From: a virus
Taxonomy: Duplodnaviria > Caudoviricetes
Direction: 5' to 3' (one strand)
Virus record (IMG/VR): IMGVR_UViG_3300023311_001083
Location: 1 to 64,000 of that record
DNA: 64,000 nucleotides
The position numbers were made by a program, and so were the translations under genes. The notes below the pieces were generated by a model. That model searched no databases. It worked only from the letters and a program-made list of their open reading frames with translations, and was not told where the DNA came from. Shown here piece by piece: positions 1-10,258 of this stretch. Numbering within the stretch: the first letter of the stretch is position 1; each line of letters begins with the position of its first letter.

Positions 1-11
1 ATCACTCATAA

Positions 12-314
12 TTATTCTTCAGACGTAGTGGTTGCTTCTGCTTCTGCTTCAGCTTCTGCTTCTGCTTCTGCTTCAGCTTCAGCATTATTTTCATCAAGTG
101 AATCTTTAGCAGCTTTTAAAAAAGTAAATAATTTTTCATATGTTTCACCAATTACTGCCATTTCTTCTGGTTTAAATGCACCACGCGAACTAGCTAAATC
201 AATAATTGCTTGAATAGTACTTAAATCATTAATTGATAATGTTTGTGCTGCTTGTGTTTCTGCTTGTGTTTCTGCTTGTGTTTCTACTTGTGGTTCTACG
301 GTACTATCAGTCAT
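12..314 (-). CDS. hypothetical phage protein, paralog of 307..540, with ETQA and (AE)n low-complexity tracts
   Basis: Likely start at second Met (314) with AGGAG upstream; core LSINDL..IIDLASSRGAFKPEEM matches the neighbouring gene. Confidence 0.7.
   Translation of the reverse strand: MTDSTVEPQVETQAETQAETQAAQTLSINDLSTIQAIIDLASSRGAFKPEEMAVIGETYEKLFTFLKAAKDSLDENNAEAEAEAEAEAEAEAEATTTSEE
34..83. repeat. 6-nt tandem repeat (GCTTCW)n encoding poly-(AE)
   Basis: gcttct/gcttca units read directly. Confidence 0.85.
251..286. repeat. 12-nt tandem repeat x3 (TGTGTTTCTGCT) encoding ETQA
   Basis: Three adjacent copies, last with one mismatch. Confidence 0.85.
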
Positions 315-540
315 TTGCTTTCTCCTCAGCTTTTTTTGATACAAAGTTTAAAAATTGACTTAATTTAGTGTAAGTAACGCCAACTGCTCTCATTTCAAGC
401 GGTTTAAATACACCACGTGAACTAGCTAATTCAATAATAGTTTTAAATGTGGCTAGATCAGTAATTGTTAAATCTGGAATAGATGGTGTTTCTACTTCAG
501 CGGTTTCTACAGTAGTATTTTCTGATACTTCATCAGTCAT
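307..540 (-). CDS. hypothetical phage protein (paralog of 12..314)
   Basis: 77 aa ORF, AGGAG SD, shared LASSRG.FKP.EM motif. Confidence 0.75.
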   Translation of the reverse strand: MTDEVSENTTVETAEVETPSIPDLTITDLATFKTIIELASSRGVFKPLEMRAVGVTYTKLSQFLNFVSKKAEEKAND

Positions 541-577
541 TGTTTTCTCCTTTTTAATGAAAATATAATCATACTTA

Positions 578-862
578 TCATTTTTGTAAATGCGGACATG
601 CCATTATGAAAAAACTTAATTCCTTAGCAGATTCAAAACCTACATTTACTTTATATACAATAGTATTAGTGTTATCTAACGCAATATAATTGCCGATATA
701 ATATCGACTATTTAGTGTGTTAAATATCCAATTGTTAATTTTTTTAACAAACATCAGGCTATTATCTTCCAACACGATATATTCAAAATGTGATGCTGGA
801 AAATTAACTCGGCGTAAATTAAAAAAATTTAATGGATTTGGTGTTCCTCTTTGTAAGGACAT
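578..862 (-). CDS. hypothetical protein
   Basis: 94 aa ORF packed in operon after vWA gene. Confidence 0.65.
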   Translation of the reverse strand: MSLQRGTPNPLNFFNLRRVNFPASHFEYIVLEDNSLMFVKKINNWIFNTLNSRYYIGNYIALDNTNTIVYKVNVGFESAKELSFFIMACPHLQK

Positions 863-863
863 A

Positions 864-2039
864 TTAAGAAAAATCGTACCTACATGTTATTCCATGTGGT
901 GCAACATCGTCAGTGCTATGTGCAATAAAAATAGTTTCACAATAATCATCATCACCAAAATCATTATCCCAAACACCTAAGTCAGTAAACATGATAAATT
1001 TCTTAGGCGATATATCATTTTCTTTCATGAAATCCCAATTACATCTGAAACTAGTTCCACCACCACCAGCTGGTTCATATGAATCAAATTCATCAATATT
1101 ATACGCATCAAACGATTGTTCATTATATACTCTAGTATCAAAACACCATAATTTAATATTAAAATCTTGATATTGTTGCATAATACCTTTAATTTCACCC
1201 AAAAAGTCAGCGGCTTGATCGTTACCAATTGATCCAGACATATCAATAGCAATACAAATATCAATCGTATCTTCAAATGTTGAACCTGGTAATATTGCAT
1301 TTAGATGCCAAGCTTTTCTACTTGGTCTAGAAAATGAATAATTACTTTTAATTGTACTTTGTATTTGTTGACTTAAAAGTTCTCGCCAATTCATTTTTGT
1401 TTCGGTCATATCTTTAATAAGACGTTTAATACCTTCTGGAAGATTTCCAGCAGAAACAGATTGTGCAGCTGCCAAAACTGCCTCACGCATTTCATCACGA
1501 ATTGCTTTTATTTCTTCCTTAGAATATCTTGGTTTGTTATCACCATTACCATCACTAGCCTCCCAATCAATATGCTCATCTAGTAATTTTCCAAGTTTAT
1601 CTAACTCGTCATTATTGTATTTTTCTTTAATTTTATCATATATTTCTTCAGCACTCATGCCGTAATATTGAGTATCGTGAAAAATTTTGATTTCTGGAAT
1701 CTCATCACCAATTTTATCGCGTATTAACTGCCCATTAACACAATAATCGGCCGCAATGTTATAGATTTTAGGATCTCTATGATCACGTCTGGACATATGA
1801 TCAAATACATTATGTAAAATTTCATGAGCGATAACAAACTCAATTTGCCGAACGGTTAATGGTTCAAAGAATTGTCTATTAAAGTAAATATGTCTACCAT
1901 CAGTTGCAGCAGTCATGCACCAATCAGACGCTTCTTTTACAATTAGACGAGTTGCTAAGTTACCAAAAAACGGATGACGTAGTAATAAACCTACGCGTGC
2001 TGTGATAATTTTATCAATGATTGGATCAATATGCGCCAT
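864..2039 (-). CDS. metallopeptidase-like plus vWA domain protein (DUF2201 type)
   Basis: HEILH zinc motif; DMSGS MIDAS motif; GGGGT and FTD vWA motifs. Confidence 0.85.
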   Translation of the reverse strand: MAHIDPIIDKIITARVGLLLRHPFFGNLATRLIVKEASDWCMTAATDGRHIYFNRQFFEPLTVRQIEFVIAHEILHNVFDHMSRRDHRDPKIYNIAADYCVNGQLIRDKIGDEIPEIKIFHDTQYYGMSAEEIYDKIKEKYNNDELDKLGKLLDEHIDWEASDGNGDNKPRYSKEEIKAIRDEMREAVLAAAQSVSAGNLPEGIKRLIKDMTETKMNWRELLSQQIQSTIKSNYSFSRPSRKAWHLNAILPGSTFEDTIDICIAIDMSGSIGNDQAADFLGEIKGIMQQYQDFNIKLWCFDTRVYNEQSFDAYNIDEFDSYEPAGGGGTSFRCNWDFMKENDISPKKFIMFTDLGVWDNDFGDDDYCETIFIAHSTDDVAPHGITCRYDFS

Positions 2040-2112
2040 TTTAAATTCTCTATATAAATTAAGTGTTAAATCTACTACACATTTCTATGTAGTAGAATAA
2101 TTGTATTAAAAA

Positions 2113-3201
2113 TTATTTTCCAGTTGCACTGTTTACGTATTTACCAAATCGTGAGTGAAATTCATCAAAACAATCAATTTCATCTGGATCAAATGGTAAC
2201 TTGTAAGTAGATAATGCTAAACGTGTGGCCATAATCACTAATTCAGTTTCCATGTTATCCATAATAAATCTAAAGAAGTGATTTACTTGTTTTTTCCAAT
2301 CAACCGCTTTGTGATCTGCTGATTCTTTTAATTCATAGCATAAACCAACTGTTAACGAATACATAGCAGATATTTCTTTAGTTTCTAACTTTGTAACTTT
2401 GCCAGCTAAAATATCAGTTGGATTAGGTAATTTACTAGCAATCTTACGATGTGCCATAAATTTAATAGCTAACCCTTCACCAACTGAACCACTAACTAAA
2501 TCACTCAATGTTGAACTATCAACATCATCATCAGTTAATAATTCACTAACAAAGCCCCAACTACGAGGAGTAGCAAATGCACGCGAGTTAGATTTAGGAT
2601 CAAAATCATATAAGTCTTTTTTGCTGTATGACAAATATCCAATTACATCTCGGTGAATTTTGTTCTCAGTAGCCCAATCAAAATAATCATCCCAATCAAT
2701 AGTCATTTCTAAATGCACAAAACGATTAGATAATGGAGCAGGCATTCTATAAGTAACACCTTTGTCAGATTCACGGTTACCAGCAGCTACGATAACTACG
2801 TTATCAGGTAATTCATAAGTACCAACTTTACGATTTAATATCAATTGATATGCCGCTGATTGAACTGATGGTGCAGCACTATTCATTTCATCTAAGAAAA
2901 GAATAACCATTTTATGTTGAGCAGCAAACTCTTTAGTTGGTAATTCACTTGGTGGCGCCCAAGTCATAGTGCCAGTATTGCTATCAAAGTAAGGAATACC
3001 TTTAATGTCAGTCGGTTCCCATAAACTTAAACGAATGTCAATTACTTGTGCATCAAGTTCAACACCTAATTGTTTAATGATATCAGATTTTCCAATGCCT
3101 GGTGCGCCCCATAAAAAGATAGGGCGTTTATTTTTAAATGCTTTACGCAATGATTTTTTAGCAGAATTTGGTCCAACGGTGCGATTAAGAATTTCGCTCA
3201 T
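2113..3201 (-). CDS. MoxR/dynein-related AAA+ ATPase
   Basis: Walker A GAPGIGKS, Walker B LFLDEMN, AAGNR, P(L)SNRF, TPRSW. Confidence 0.88.
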   Translation of the reverse strand: MSEILNRTVGPNSAKKSLRKAFKNKRPIFLWGAPGIGKSDIIKQLGVELDAQVIDIRLSLWEPTDIKGIPYFDSNTGTMTWAPPSELPTKEFAAQHKMVILFLDEMNSAAPSVQSAAYQLILNRKVGTYELPDNVVIVAAGNRESDKGVTYRMPAPLSNRFVHLEMTIDWDDYFDWATENKIHRDVIGYLSYSKKDLYDFDPKSNSRAFATPRSWGFVSELLTDDDVDSSTLSDLVSGSVGEGLAIKFMAHRKIASKLPNPTDILAGKVTKLETKEISAMYSLTVGLCYELKESADHKAVDWKKQVNHFFRFIMDNMETELVIMATRLALSTYKLPFDPDEIDCFDEFHSRFGKYVNSATGK

Positions 3202-3253
3202 TTTTGTTTCCTCAGTTTGATTAAAAAATTGTTTTTGTTAAGTGACAAGACAT

Positions 3254-3281
3254 ATTATACATTAAAATCTTAACAAGTCAA
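3254..3281 (-). promoter_or_regulatory. sigma70-like promoter
   Basis: TTGACT-16nt-TATAAT upstream of AAA gene. Confidence 0.6.
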
Positions 3282-3436
3282 GTTTTATTTTATTGTAATT
3301 TAAAAGTTGTTTTGCTAAGTGTTATGTCGTATTATACTCATAAAATTTAAATATGCAAGGATTAATATTGCTTTGTGTAATACCAGTTGCGTATCTGCTA
3401 AATAAATGTATAATACACTATTTAATAGGAAAGCAC

Positions 3437-4966
3437 ATGAATTATTTAGAACTACGCTCCTTAATGGCAAACCCTGAAGAGTTATCAAACTTGTATGCTA
3501 GAACAATATTTTTAGGATTAGAAAAGAAGATACCGATCCGAAGAAGATTATGGCACGTAGATAATAACATCTTGACTATACCAGTTTGTAAAACATGTAA
3601 AATGGAAGAAGTGTCTTGGTCTGAAAAAACTTCCGAATATAGAAGATTTTGTTCATCAAAATGTGCCCACCAAAGTGATGAAGTAAGGGAAAAAACTGAA
3701 GCCACGTGTGTTGAAAAATACGGACATCGTACAAATTTTTTATCTGAAGAAAATAAAGAAAAACAGCGTGCTACTTGTCTTGAGAAATACGGTGTTGATA
3801 ATTTTGCCAAATCTAAATTATTTACTGTGCGAAATGAAAAAACTTGTATGGACCGTTATGGGGTTAAAAATGTAGCATTATTTCCAGAATTTAAGGATAA
3901 GATGGATGCCACTAATCAAGCACGATATGGAAGAAAACGTAAATCACAAGCACATATACCTGAGCATATAATTGCATTAAAAGATGATGAAGCAATAATG
4001 CGTTCATGGTTTTATGATCTAAAAATGCCAGTTTCAGAAATTGCAGAAATTTTAAATGTTAGTGTATCGCAGTTATGTGTACATTTTAGGAATAACTTAA
4101 ATATTGATATTTCTAGACATAATATATCTACTATTGAAAGAAAAGTAGGGGAATACATAACGTCATTATCTATTGAGTTTGAAAGTTCAAATAGAACTAT
4201 TATAAAACCTAAAGAATTGGATATTTTTGTACCGTCATATAATATTGCTATAGAAATTAATGGCATTGCATGGCACGGTGAACTTCGTGGTAAAAATAAT
4301 ACTTACCACTTAGAAAAAATGAATAAATGCAATGCACAACAAATTAGATTGATACAAATTTTAGATCACGAATGGAATAATAAACAAGACATTGTTAAAT
4401 CAAGACTTAGTGGAATATTTGGAAAAAATACAAGAATTTGGGCTAGAAAGTGTATAATAAAACCAATTAGTGCAGCAGAATCTAGAGCTTTTTTTGAAAA
4501 ATGTCATATTCAAGGATATAGTTCACAATCAGTTGCATATGGATTATTTTATGAAAATATACTAGTATCAGCGATGAGTTTTTGTAAAAGTAGATATAAT
4601 AAAAAATATCAATGGGAATTATTAAGATATGCCAATTGTCTGAATACCAATGTAATCGGTGGTGCTGGCAAATTATTTGCACATTTTAAAAAAATAGAAA
4701 ACCCAATCTCGGTTATTAGCTACTGTGATTTAAGATGGAATACTGGAAATTTATATGAAAAAATTGGGTTTAATAAAATAAAGCAGAGTGGCCCCAACTA
4801 CATGTATACAAAAAATGGAAATCTATACAGTAGAATAAAATTTCAGAAACATAAACTACATCAATTGTTAGAAGATTATGATCCCAATTTAACAGAATGG
4901 GATAATATGCGAAACAATAAATATGATAGGATTTGGGATTGCGGAAATCTAGTATTTGTTTATTAA
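3437..4966 (+). mobile_element. Hef-like free-standing homing endonuclease (Zn-finger/repeat N-terminus, PD-(D/E)xK/Vsr-like nuclease, C-terminal conserved domain)
   Basis: ELDIFVPSYNIAIEINGIAWH motif, CxxC..FCSSKC, KYG repeats; opposite strand to neighbours; start at 3437 has AGGA SD and GCTAAATA at 3397-3404. Confidence 0.75.
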
Positions 4967-5362
4967 TTATTTTTTATCTACGTTTTTGAGTGAATTCATT
5001 GCTTTGATATATCCATATTTTCTTATATCATCAGAAAACATATATAATTCAAAACTTTTCCGTTCAGTAGTGACTATTATTCGGCTAGTAGTTATATGAT
5101 ATGGACAATCAATATACCGTTCTAGAAATAATAATAATTGTGGACAAATTTCAATTTTTTCAAAAAAGGGTATTTCGTGTAATTTAATATTTAGTTCTGA
5201 TGTTAAAAATTCTAAACCCTCATCGCTTAATCTTAATCCACTTTGATTTTGTTTACGATGGTATTGCCACCATAATCTTCCGTAAAATTGACAATTTGCA
5301 TCATCGGTGCTTTTACCCCATTGTTGTAAAAACACCTTAGTATATGTGTCACGAGTGGTCAT
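4967..5362 (-). CDS. hypothetical protein
   Basis: 131 aa ORF in operon. Confidence 0.7.
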   Translation of the reverse strand: MTTRDTYTKVFLQQWGKSTDDANCQFYGRLWWQYHRKQNQSGLRLSDEGLEFLTSELNIKLHEIPFFEKIEICPQLLLFLERYIDCPYHITTSRIIVTTERKSFELYMFSDDIRKYGYIKAMNSLKNVDKK

Positions 5363-5604
5363 TATTCTTCAAAACCGCCACCATCCATAGCTACTGTTAT
5401 AGATGCAGGTTCAGCCGCATGTTGTAGTTTATTAAATAGTGATTCATAATCTTGATTTAATTTATTCATAACTTCCAACAAAGTCAAGTTTAATAGTCTA
5501 GCTTGCTGAATTGGAATTTTTACTTCTCTCTGTTGAGTTAATTCAGCAGTACGAATTAATTGAATAAATTGATTTATAGGATTTGTATTAATTTGATCTA
5601 TCAT
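5362..5604 (-). CDS. hypothetical coiled-coil protein
   Basis: Likely start MIDQINT at 5604. Confidence 0.6.
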   Translation of the reverse strand: MIDQINTNPINQFIQLIRTAELTQQREVKIPIQQARLLNLTLLEVMNKLNQDYESLFNKLQHAAEPASITVAMDGGGFEE

Positions 5605-6067
5605 ATTCACGCGATAATTTAAGTTCAGCTTCAGTTTTAAAAGGTCCAATAGTTGGGTATCGGTCTACTGTAATACGTTTAGGACAAAAAGTTATATTCC
5701 AATAATAATCAAATTTAATTCGGTAATAACCTGCACAGAAAACACTTTTACTTTTTTCTGATTTAGTAAAAACTGGCAGTTTTCTTTTTACATCATACAT
5801 TTGATTATATGGTTTACACCCTGTTGGATATCCATAACACTCATTATTTTCACTAATTGTATTTACTGGTTTTGTATATTTTATAAAGAAGTTACTTCCA
5901 AATTGTGTAGTTAAGTCAGCTTCATTTTTAATTAACACATCGCCATTATTATTACTTATTAAAAAAGTATCATTTTCATCTCGTTGTAGAGTAGCAATCC
6001 GATTGCCATCTTCTTCTATTATCCAAAATGTATTATCTATAAGTGGAGTAGCTATAATTTCTGACAT
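5588..6067 (-). CDS. hypothetical protein
   Basis: Likely start MSEIIATP at 6067, abutting RNase H stop. Confidence 0.65.
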   Translation of the reverse strand: MSEIIATPLIDNTFWIIEEDGNRIATLQRDENDTFLISNNNGDVLIKNEADLTTQFGSNFFIKYTKPVNTISENNECYGYPTGCKPYNQMYDVKRKLPVFTKSEKSKSVFCAGYYRIKFDYYWNITFCPKRITVDRYPTIGPFKTEAELKLSREYDRSN

Positions 6068-6068
6068 T

Positions 6069-7058
6069 TTAAACCTTTGGGTAAATTGCTTGAAAAGGTG
6101 GTGCAAACTGTGTAATATTTTCCATTATACGATTCATTTCATATGATTGACAAAATTTTAACATTCTAATACCCACTTGTGATATTTCTTTAGGTTTTGC
6201 ATTTAATGATACTGTTTCATTTATAATTTCACGTATATGTTCAGGTTGACGAGTGAGATCAATTAATGTTCTATTTCTCTCATAATCATCTACAACACGA
6301 TGTTCGATACCATTATGATCAGTCCATCTTTGTAACATCAGGTTATTAAATGAATACCCTTTTGCATTTCGATCATCGTATGCTTCTAATAACCCAATCT
6401 TATTTTTTGATCCTTTTTTACGTACACCAGGATACGCACTGAATACGTTATCACTGGTGTCTCCACGAATGCATTTTTCAAATAATAACCATTCAGGATC
6501 AACTGCTTCTTTTGGTTCACTGGTTTTTTTATCAATAATCAAACCACCTTTTGCGTCAAAATATCCGTCAATGGTTATATGTTGATCTGAAACACCATTA
6601 TATTGACTAACATTGTTATTAATTAATTGATAAAAATCACTATCAGTGCTAACAATGACATGTTTATCATTTGGGTGTTTTTGTATCCATCCTGCAATAA
6701 GATCGTCTGCTTCTAATTTCGGATGATGTAATACCGTTGAATTAGTTTTTTCAATTAAGAATTTACTAAAATCTTCAAAAGATTCCCAGAACAATTTTTC
6801 TTCTTCTTGTTCTTTAGAATTCATTGCGGACCGAGTGGCTTCTCGATTCTTTTTATATGGTTCATAAAATTCTTTTCTCCAGCTTCTACCCTCAAGGCAA
6901 AATACAAGATGATCACCATTAAAATCCTGCCATGCTTTTTTTACAATATTAAAAGTAATATGAAATGCCATACCAACTTTAAGATCAGCATCACCTTGTA
7001 CAGTATGTCTAGCTCTATAAAAATTATTCGCTAAATCTACGATTATATATGTGTTCAT
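6069..7058 (-). CDS. T4 RNase H-like 5'-3' exonuclease / flap endonuclease
   Basis: IIVDLAN, EADDLIA, STDSDFYQL, GDTSDNV acidic motifs. Confidence 0.9.
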   Translation of the reverse strand: MNTYIIVDLANNFYRARHTVQGDADLKVGMAFHITFNIVKKAWQDFNGDHLVFCLEGRSWRKEFYEPYKKNREATRSAMNSKEQEEEKLFWESFEDFSKFLIEKTNSTVLHHPKLEADDLIAGWIQKHPNDKHVIVSTDSDFYQLINNNVSQYNGVSDQHITIDGYFDAKGGLIIDKKTSEPKEAVDPEWLLFEKCIRGDTSDNVFSAYPGVRKKGSKNKIGLLEAYDDRNAKGYSFNNLMLQRWTDHNGIEHRVVDDYERNRTLIDLTRQPEHIREIINETVSLNAKPKEISQVGIRMLKFCQSYEMNRIMENITQFAPPFQAIYPKV

Positions 7059-7064
7059 ATTTTC

Positions 7065-7496
7065 CTAAAATAAATTACTTACGTTCATTGAACCGATATT
7101 TCTATTGGTATTTTGCCCTTCTGCTGCCAAAGAGTTCATTACTAAATCTCTGAACCATCTATCAACAATTTCTTCTTCTGGATCACCATCAAATCCAAAA
7201 CCTGCTTTTTTTAATTCATCTATAAATATTGTATTCCAATCTAATTCAAAAAAACCATTACGTATATTTTCTTTATTAACATGTGTATTAAGAACATCTA
7301 CCCAAGGCTCACCTTTTGCACTAGCACGATCTTTTGGTGTCATTTTGGCTAATTTTGCTTGTATTTCAGCTTGTTTTGCTTCATTTAATGCAATTTCTGC
7401 TTGTTTTTCAGCCTCTATTTTATTATGCATAGCAATAGCTGCCTCAGCTTCAATTTTGTCTAATCCAGTAAGTTTTTTAAAAAAGTTTTTAATCAT
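7065..7496 (-). CDS. hypothetical protein
   Basis: 143 aa ORF in operon. Confidence 0.7.
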   Translation of the reverse strand: MIKNFFKKLTGLDKIEAEAAIAMHNKIEAEKQAEIALNEAKQAEIQAKLAKMTPKDRASAKGEPWVDVLNTHVNKENIRNGFFELDWNTIFIDELKKAGFGFDGDPEEEIVDRWFRDLVMNSLAAEGQNTNRNIGSMNVSNLF

Positions 7497-7500
7497 TATA

Positions 7501-8283
7501 TTACCTGTTTTTTTCGTTAGACCAGATATACGTATGATTTCTGGTTGCTATTTTGAAACCCATTTGTTGATATTTTTCAACGATTGGTGCTATTTTTAGT
7601 TGATCCTCTCTTGTTTCACCAAGCGGCATTATCCAGTAATCAATATCTGAGATAGAATTATTGAACTTATTATATATTGTATCTAAAATTTCATTTTCAC
7701 ATTCATCAGAATTATCTGCTACAAATTTTATTTGACCATCGTATTTGTTTAGAATATTAATAATATTATCGGCATTAATTGCATCAACTTCGCCGCTAAC
7801 TGATTCTAATTTTGGACTAAATGAAAAGAATGGTTGCACGTTTAAAGTTTCATCTAACCATGAATCAAATTCGTCAGTTAATTCTTGAGTGCCATTAGTT
7901 TCAACAGTAAAATTAACTATATCATTATCTAACGCAAAAATAGAGACCACATCTTTAATTAAAGTTTGATATTTTTTTAATAGTGGTTCTCCACCAGTAA
8001 ACACAAGATGAATGGCATTGCCTGTTAATGGATGGTTTAAATGTCCATATGGATTATGTTTATCAGTAATCAATTCTAATAAATTATAATAAACTTCTTC
8101 AGCAGTATATGATGAGTGAATGTCTTTATACTCTGGATGCCAAGAATATTCAGTGTCACATGGAAATTTAGAACATGTTAAATTACATCCAAATGTACGT
8201 ACCCATAGACTTGGTGTACCAGCAAAATGCCCTTCACCCTGTATTGAAAAAAATTGTTCAGAGAGTCTGTATCGTTTATCCAT
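7501..8283 (-). CDS. queE: 7-carboxy-7-deazaguanine synthase (radical SAM)
   Basis: SIQGEG, RTFGCNLTCSKFPCDT (CX3CX4C variant), TGGEPL, VETNGT, SPKL; next to folE. Confidence 0.85.
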   Translation of the reverse strand: MDKRYRLSEQFFSIQGEGHFAGTPSLWVRTFGCNLTCSKFPCDTEYSWHPEYKDIHSSYTAEEVYYNLLELITDKHNPYGHLNHPLTGNAIHLVFTGGEPLLKKYQTLIKDVVSIFALDNDIVNFTVETNGTQELTDEFDSWLDETLNVQPFFSFSPKLESVSGEVDAINADNIINILNKYDGQIKFVADNSDECENEILDTIYNKFNNSISDIDYWIMPLGETREDQLKIAPIVEKYQQMGFKIATRNHTYIWSNEKNR

Positions 8284-8284
8284 T

Positions 8285-8689
8285 TCAATCCTTAATTTCT
8301 TTTAAAATTGTTTGAGCATAATTATATGCTTGCTGTGGTGTCATTAATAAACTATGCTGGTAGCTGACTCTTCCATTAAACCAAACATCTTTGGTAATTA
8401 GTAAACGATGTGCAACCGCATTAATCCATTTTCTACTGACATAGTTAATTTTAAACCAAAATACTGAATAATTATTAAATGCAGCATCTGGGTCTACTGG
8501 GCCACTCCACCAATCAGTGTATAGCGTTAGATACGTTATAACTGATACTTCGTTATCTTCTTTATCAATTTCCATTGTAATTGTATGTTCTTCATTGCCA
8601 CATTTACATGGAATATCATAAAATTTTGTATCAGGAAATTCACTAGTTTTCATAATGCCTAACGCTGGTTCTTGATATTGAAAACGCAT
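8285..8689 (-). CDS. hypothetical protein
   Basis: 134 aa ORF between queE and folE; CKC..H motif. Confidence 0.65.
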   Translation of the reverse strand: MRFQYQEPALGIMKTSEFPDTKFYDIPCKCGNEEHTITMEIDKEDNEVSVITYLTLYTDWWSGPVDPDAAFNNYSVFWFKINYVSRKWINAVAHRLLITKDVWFNGRVSYQHSLLMTPQQAYNYAQTILKEIKD

Positions 8690-8697
8690 ATTAATCC

Positions 8698-9369
8698 TTA
8701 ATGTGATATATGACTTAAAAATTCAGATCTAGCAGATGGGTCTGATTTAAAAACACCGCCTAATTTTGTTGTTGAAGTGTCAGCAGATGAATCCTCTACA
8801 CCACGTTGTGAAACACACATATGTTCACCAATAATAGTAACAGCAATATCATCTGTGCCTAAAATATATTGCAAAGCATAATAAACTTGCTCAGTCAATC
8901 TTTCTTGTATTTGCGGCCTACGTGAAAAGTATTCAACAATTCTAGGCATTTTACTTAATCCCAAAACTTTATCTTTAGGAATATATGCAATATATGCTTT
9001 GCCTACAATCGGCAAGAAGTGATGTTCACATGCGCTTTTAACAGTGATATTTCGTTCAACAACCATTTCATCATAACCCATTTTATTTTCAACAGTTGTG
9101 CATTTAGGAAATGCTTCTGCTTCAAGCCCCCAATATAATTCCTCGACAAACATTTTAGCAACACGTTTAGGTGTTTCCACCAAGCTATCATCAGAAATAT
9201 CAAGACCCATCACTACCATAATATCGTTAAACTTTGATTGGATAATATCCAGTTTATCTTGTTTAGGTATAAGAGATGGAACCAATGGTGTTTCCACACC
9301 ATTTGCTTTTAAATGTTCATGAATTTGTTGACCTAATACTGGGTCTGTTTTTTGTTTATTATAGCTCAT
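8698..9369 (-). CDS. folE: GTP cyclohydrolase I
   Basis: ETPKRVAKM, CEHHFLP, GLSK..RIV....RRPQIQERLT, HMC..RG. Confidence 0.95.
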   Translation of the reverse strand: MSYNKQKTDPVLGQQIHEHLKANGVETPLVPSLIPKQDKLDIIQSKFNDIMVVMGLDISDDSLVETPKRVAKMFVEELYWGLEAEAFPKCTTVENKMGYDEMVVERNITVKSACEHHFLPIVGKAYIAYIPKDKVLGLSKMPRIVEYFSRRPQIQERLTEQVYYALQYILGTDDIAVTIIGEHMCVSQRGVEDSSADTSTTKLGGVFKSDPSARSEFLSHISH

Positions 9370-9394
9370 AAATTTTTCCTGTAAAATAAACGTA

Positions 9395-9423
9395 ATTATA
9401 AAATAAAATAATTATGTTGTCAA
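9395..9423 (-). promoter_or_regulatory. sigma70-like promoter for folE-queE
   Basis: TTGACA-17nt-TATAAT. Confidence 0.65.
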
Positions 9424-9702
9424 GTGTTTATCTGACATCATAATTATATGTGGATACTCAACTGTTTGGGTTAAACCCACAGTCTGTTCTATTTTAAATC
9501 CAGACCATTTACCATTTTGCACGCCAACAACTCCCCAAAGATACGCACCTTTATATGCAGCGATTAGATTGTCATGTTTTCTAAGAGTTGGTGCAAAGAC
9601 CAATCCATGGTCATCAAAAATCCAAAAATCACTGCATCTATGAACTATATTTTTCCAAGGAATTATATTAGTATCTAATGCTTTTTCAATATCTAGACTC
9701 AT
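9412..9702 (-). CDS. degenerate HIT-fold-like protein
   Basis: GF.I.Q.VG..QTV.YPHI resembles the HIT C-terminus but the HxHxH triad is lost. Confidence 0.45.
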   Translation of the reverse strand: MSLDIEKALDTNIIPWKNIVHRCSDFWIFDDHGLVFAPTLRKHDNLIAAYKGAYLWGVVGVQNGKWSGFKIEQTVGLTQTVEYPHIIMMSDKHLTT

Positions 9703-10193
9703 GGTTTAATCCAAAATGATTCCCATGGAAATTCAATCCAAAGATCAACTATTGATTTATCCAATTCCCATGTAGAATAATCAACTGTTTCTGAACTATT
9801 CACATGGTTTACTAATGTTGCAAATCTAACAGTATCACCCCAAATGGTTGACCATTTTTCATTATTTGGGAATGAAGATGCTTTCCAATCTTCTTTAATC
9901 CATTTAATGGTTGCACCACTATCATTTATATCATCGACTATTAATATATTTTTGCCATAAAATGCATCTTCAGACATCCAAGCATTTGATTCAGTGTTTT
10001 TATGGTCGCGCAAACTTATATTAAGTGAGTACATAGGTGTTCCAAGGTATTGACTTAATAATACTGCTGGTATTACACCACCACGAGAAATACCAGCAAT
10101 GTAATCTGGTTTAAAGTTACTAGAATTGATTTGTTTAGCCAAATCTAAACATGCACCTTCTATTTGTGTCCAGTTATAAAATTTTGTATTCAT
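9699..10193 (-). CDS. type I phosphoribosyltransferase (purine PRTase-like)
   Basis: GISRGGVIPA and ILIVDDINDSGAT PRPP motif, FPWE C-terminus; start MNTKF at 10193. Confidence 0.88.
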   Translation of the reverse strand: MNTKFYNWTQIEGACLDLAKQINSSNFKPDYIAGISRGGVIPAVLLSQYLGTPMYSLNISLRDHKNTESNAWMSEDAFYGKNILIVDDINDSGATIKWIKEDWKASSFPNNEKWSTIWGDTVRFATLVNHVNSSETVDYSTWELDKSIVDLWIEFPWESFWIKP

Positions 10194-10258
10194 AAAATTA
10201 TAGATGTAGGGTGGAGGGGAAATAGCAATATGCTTAATACACATTGCTATTGTTATTA

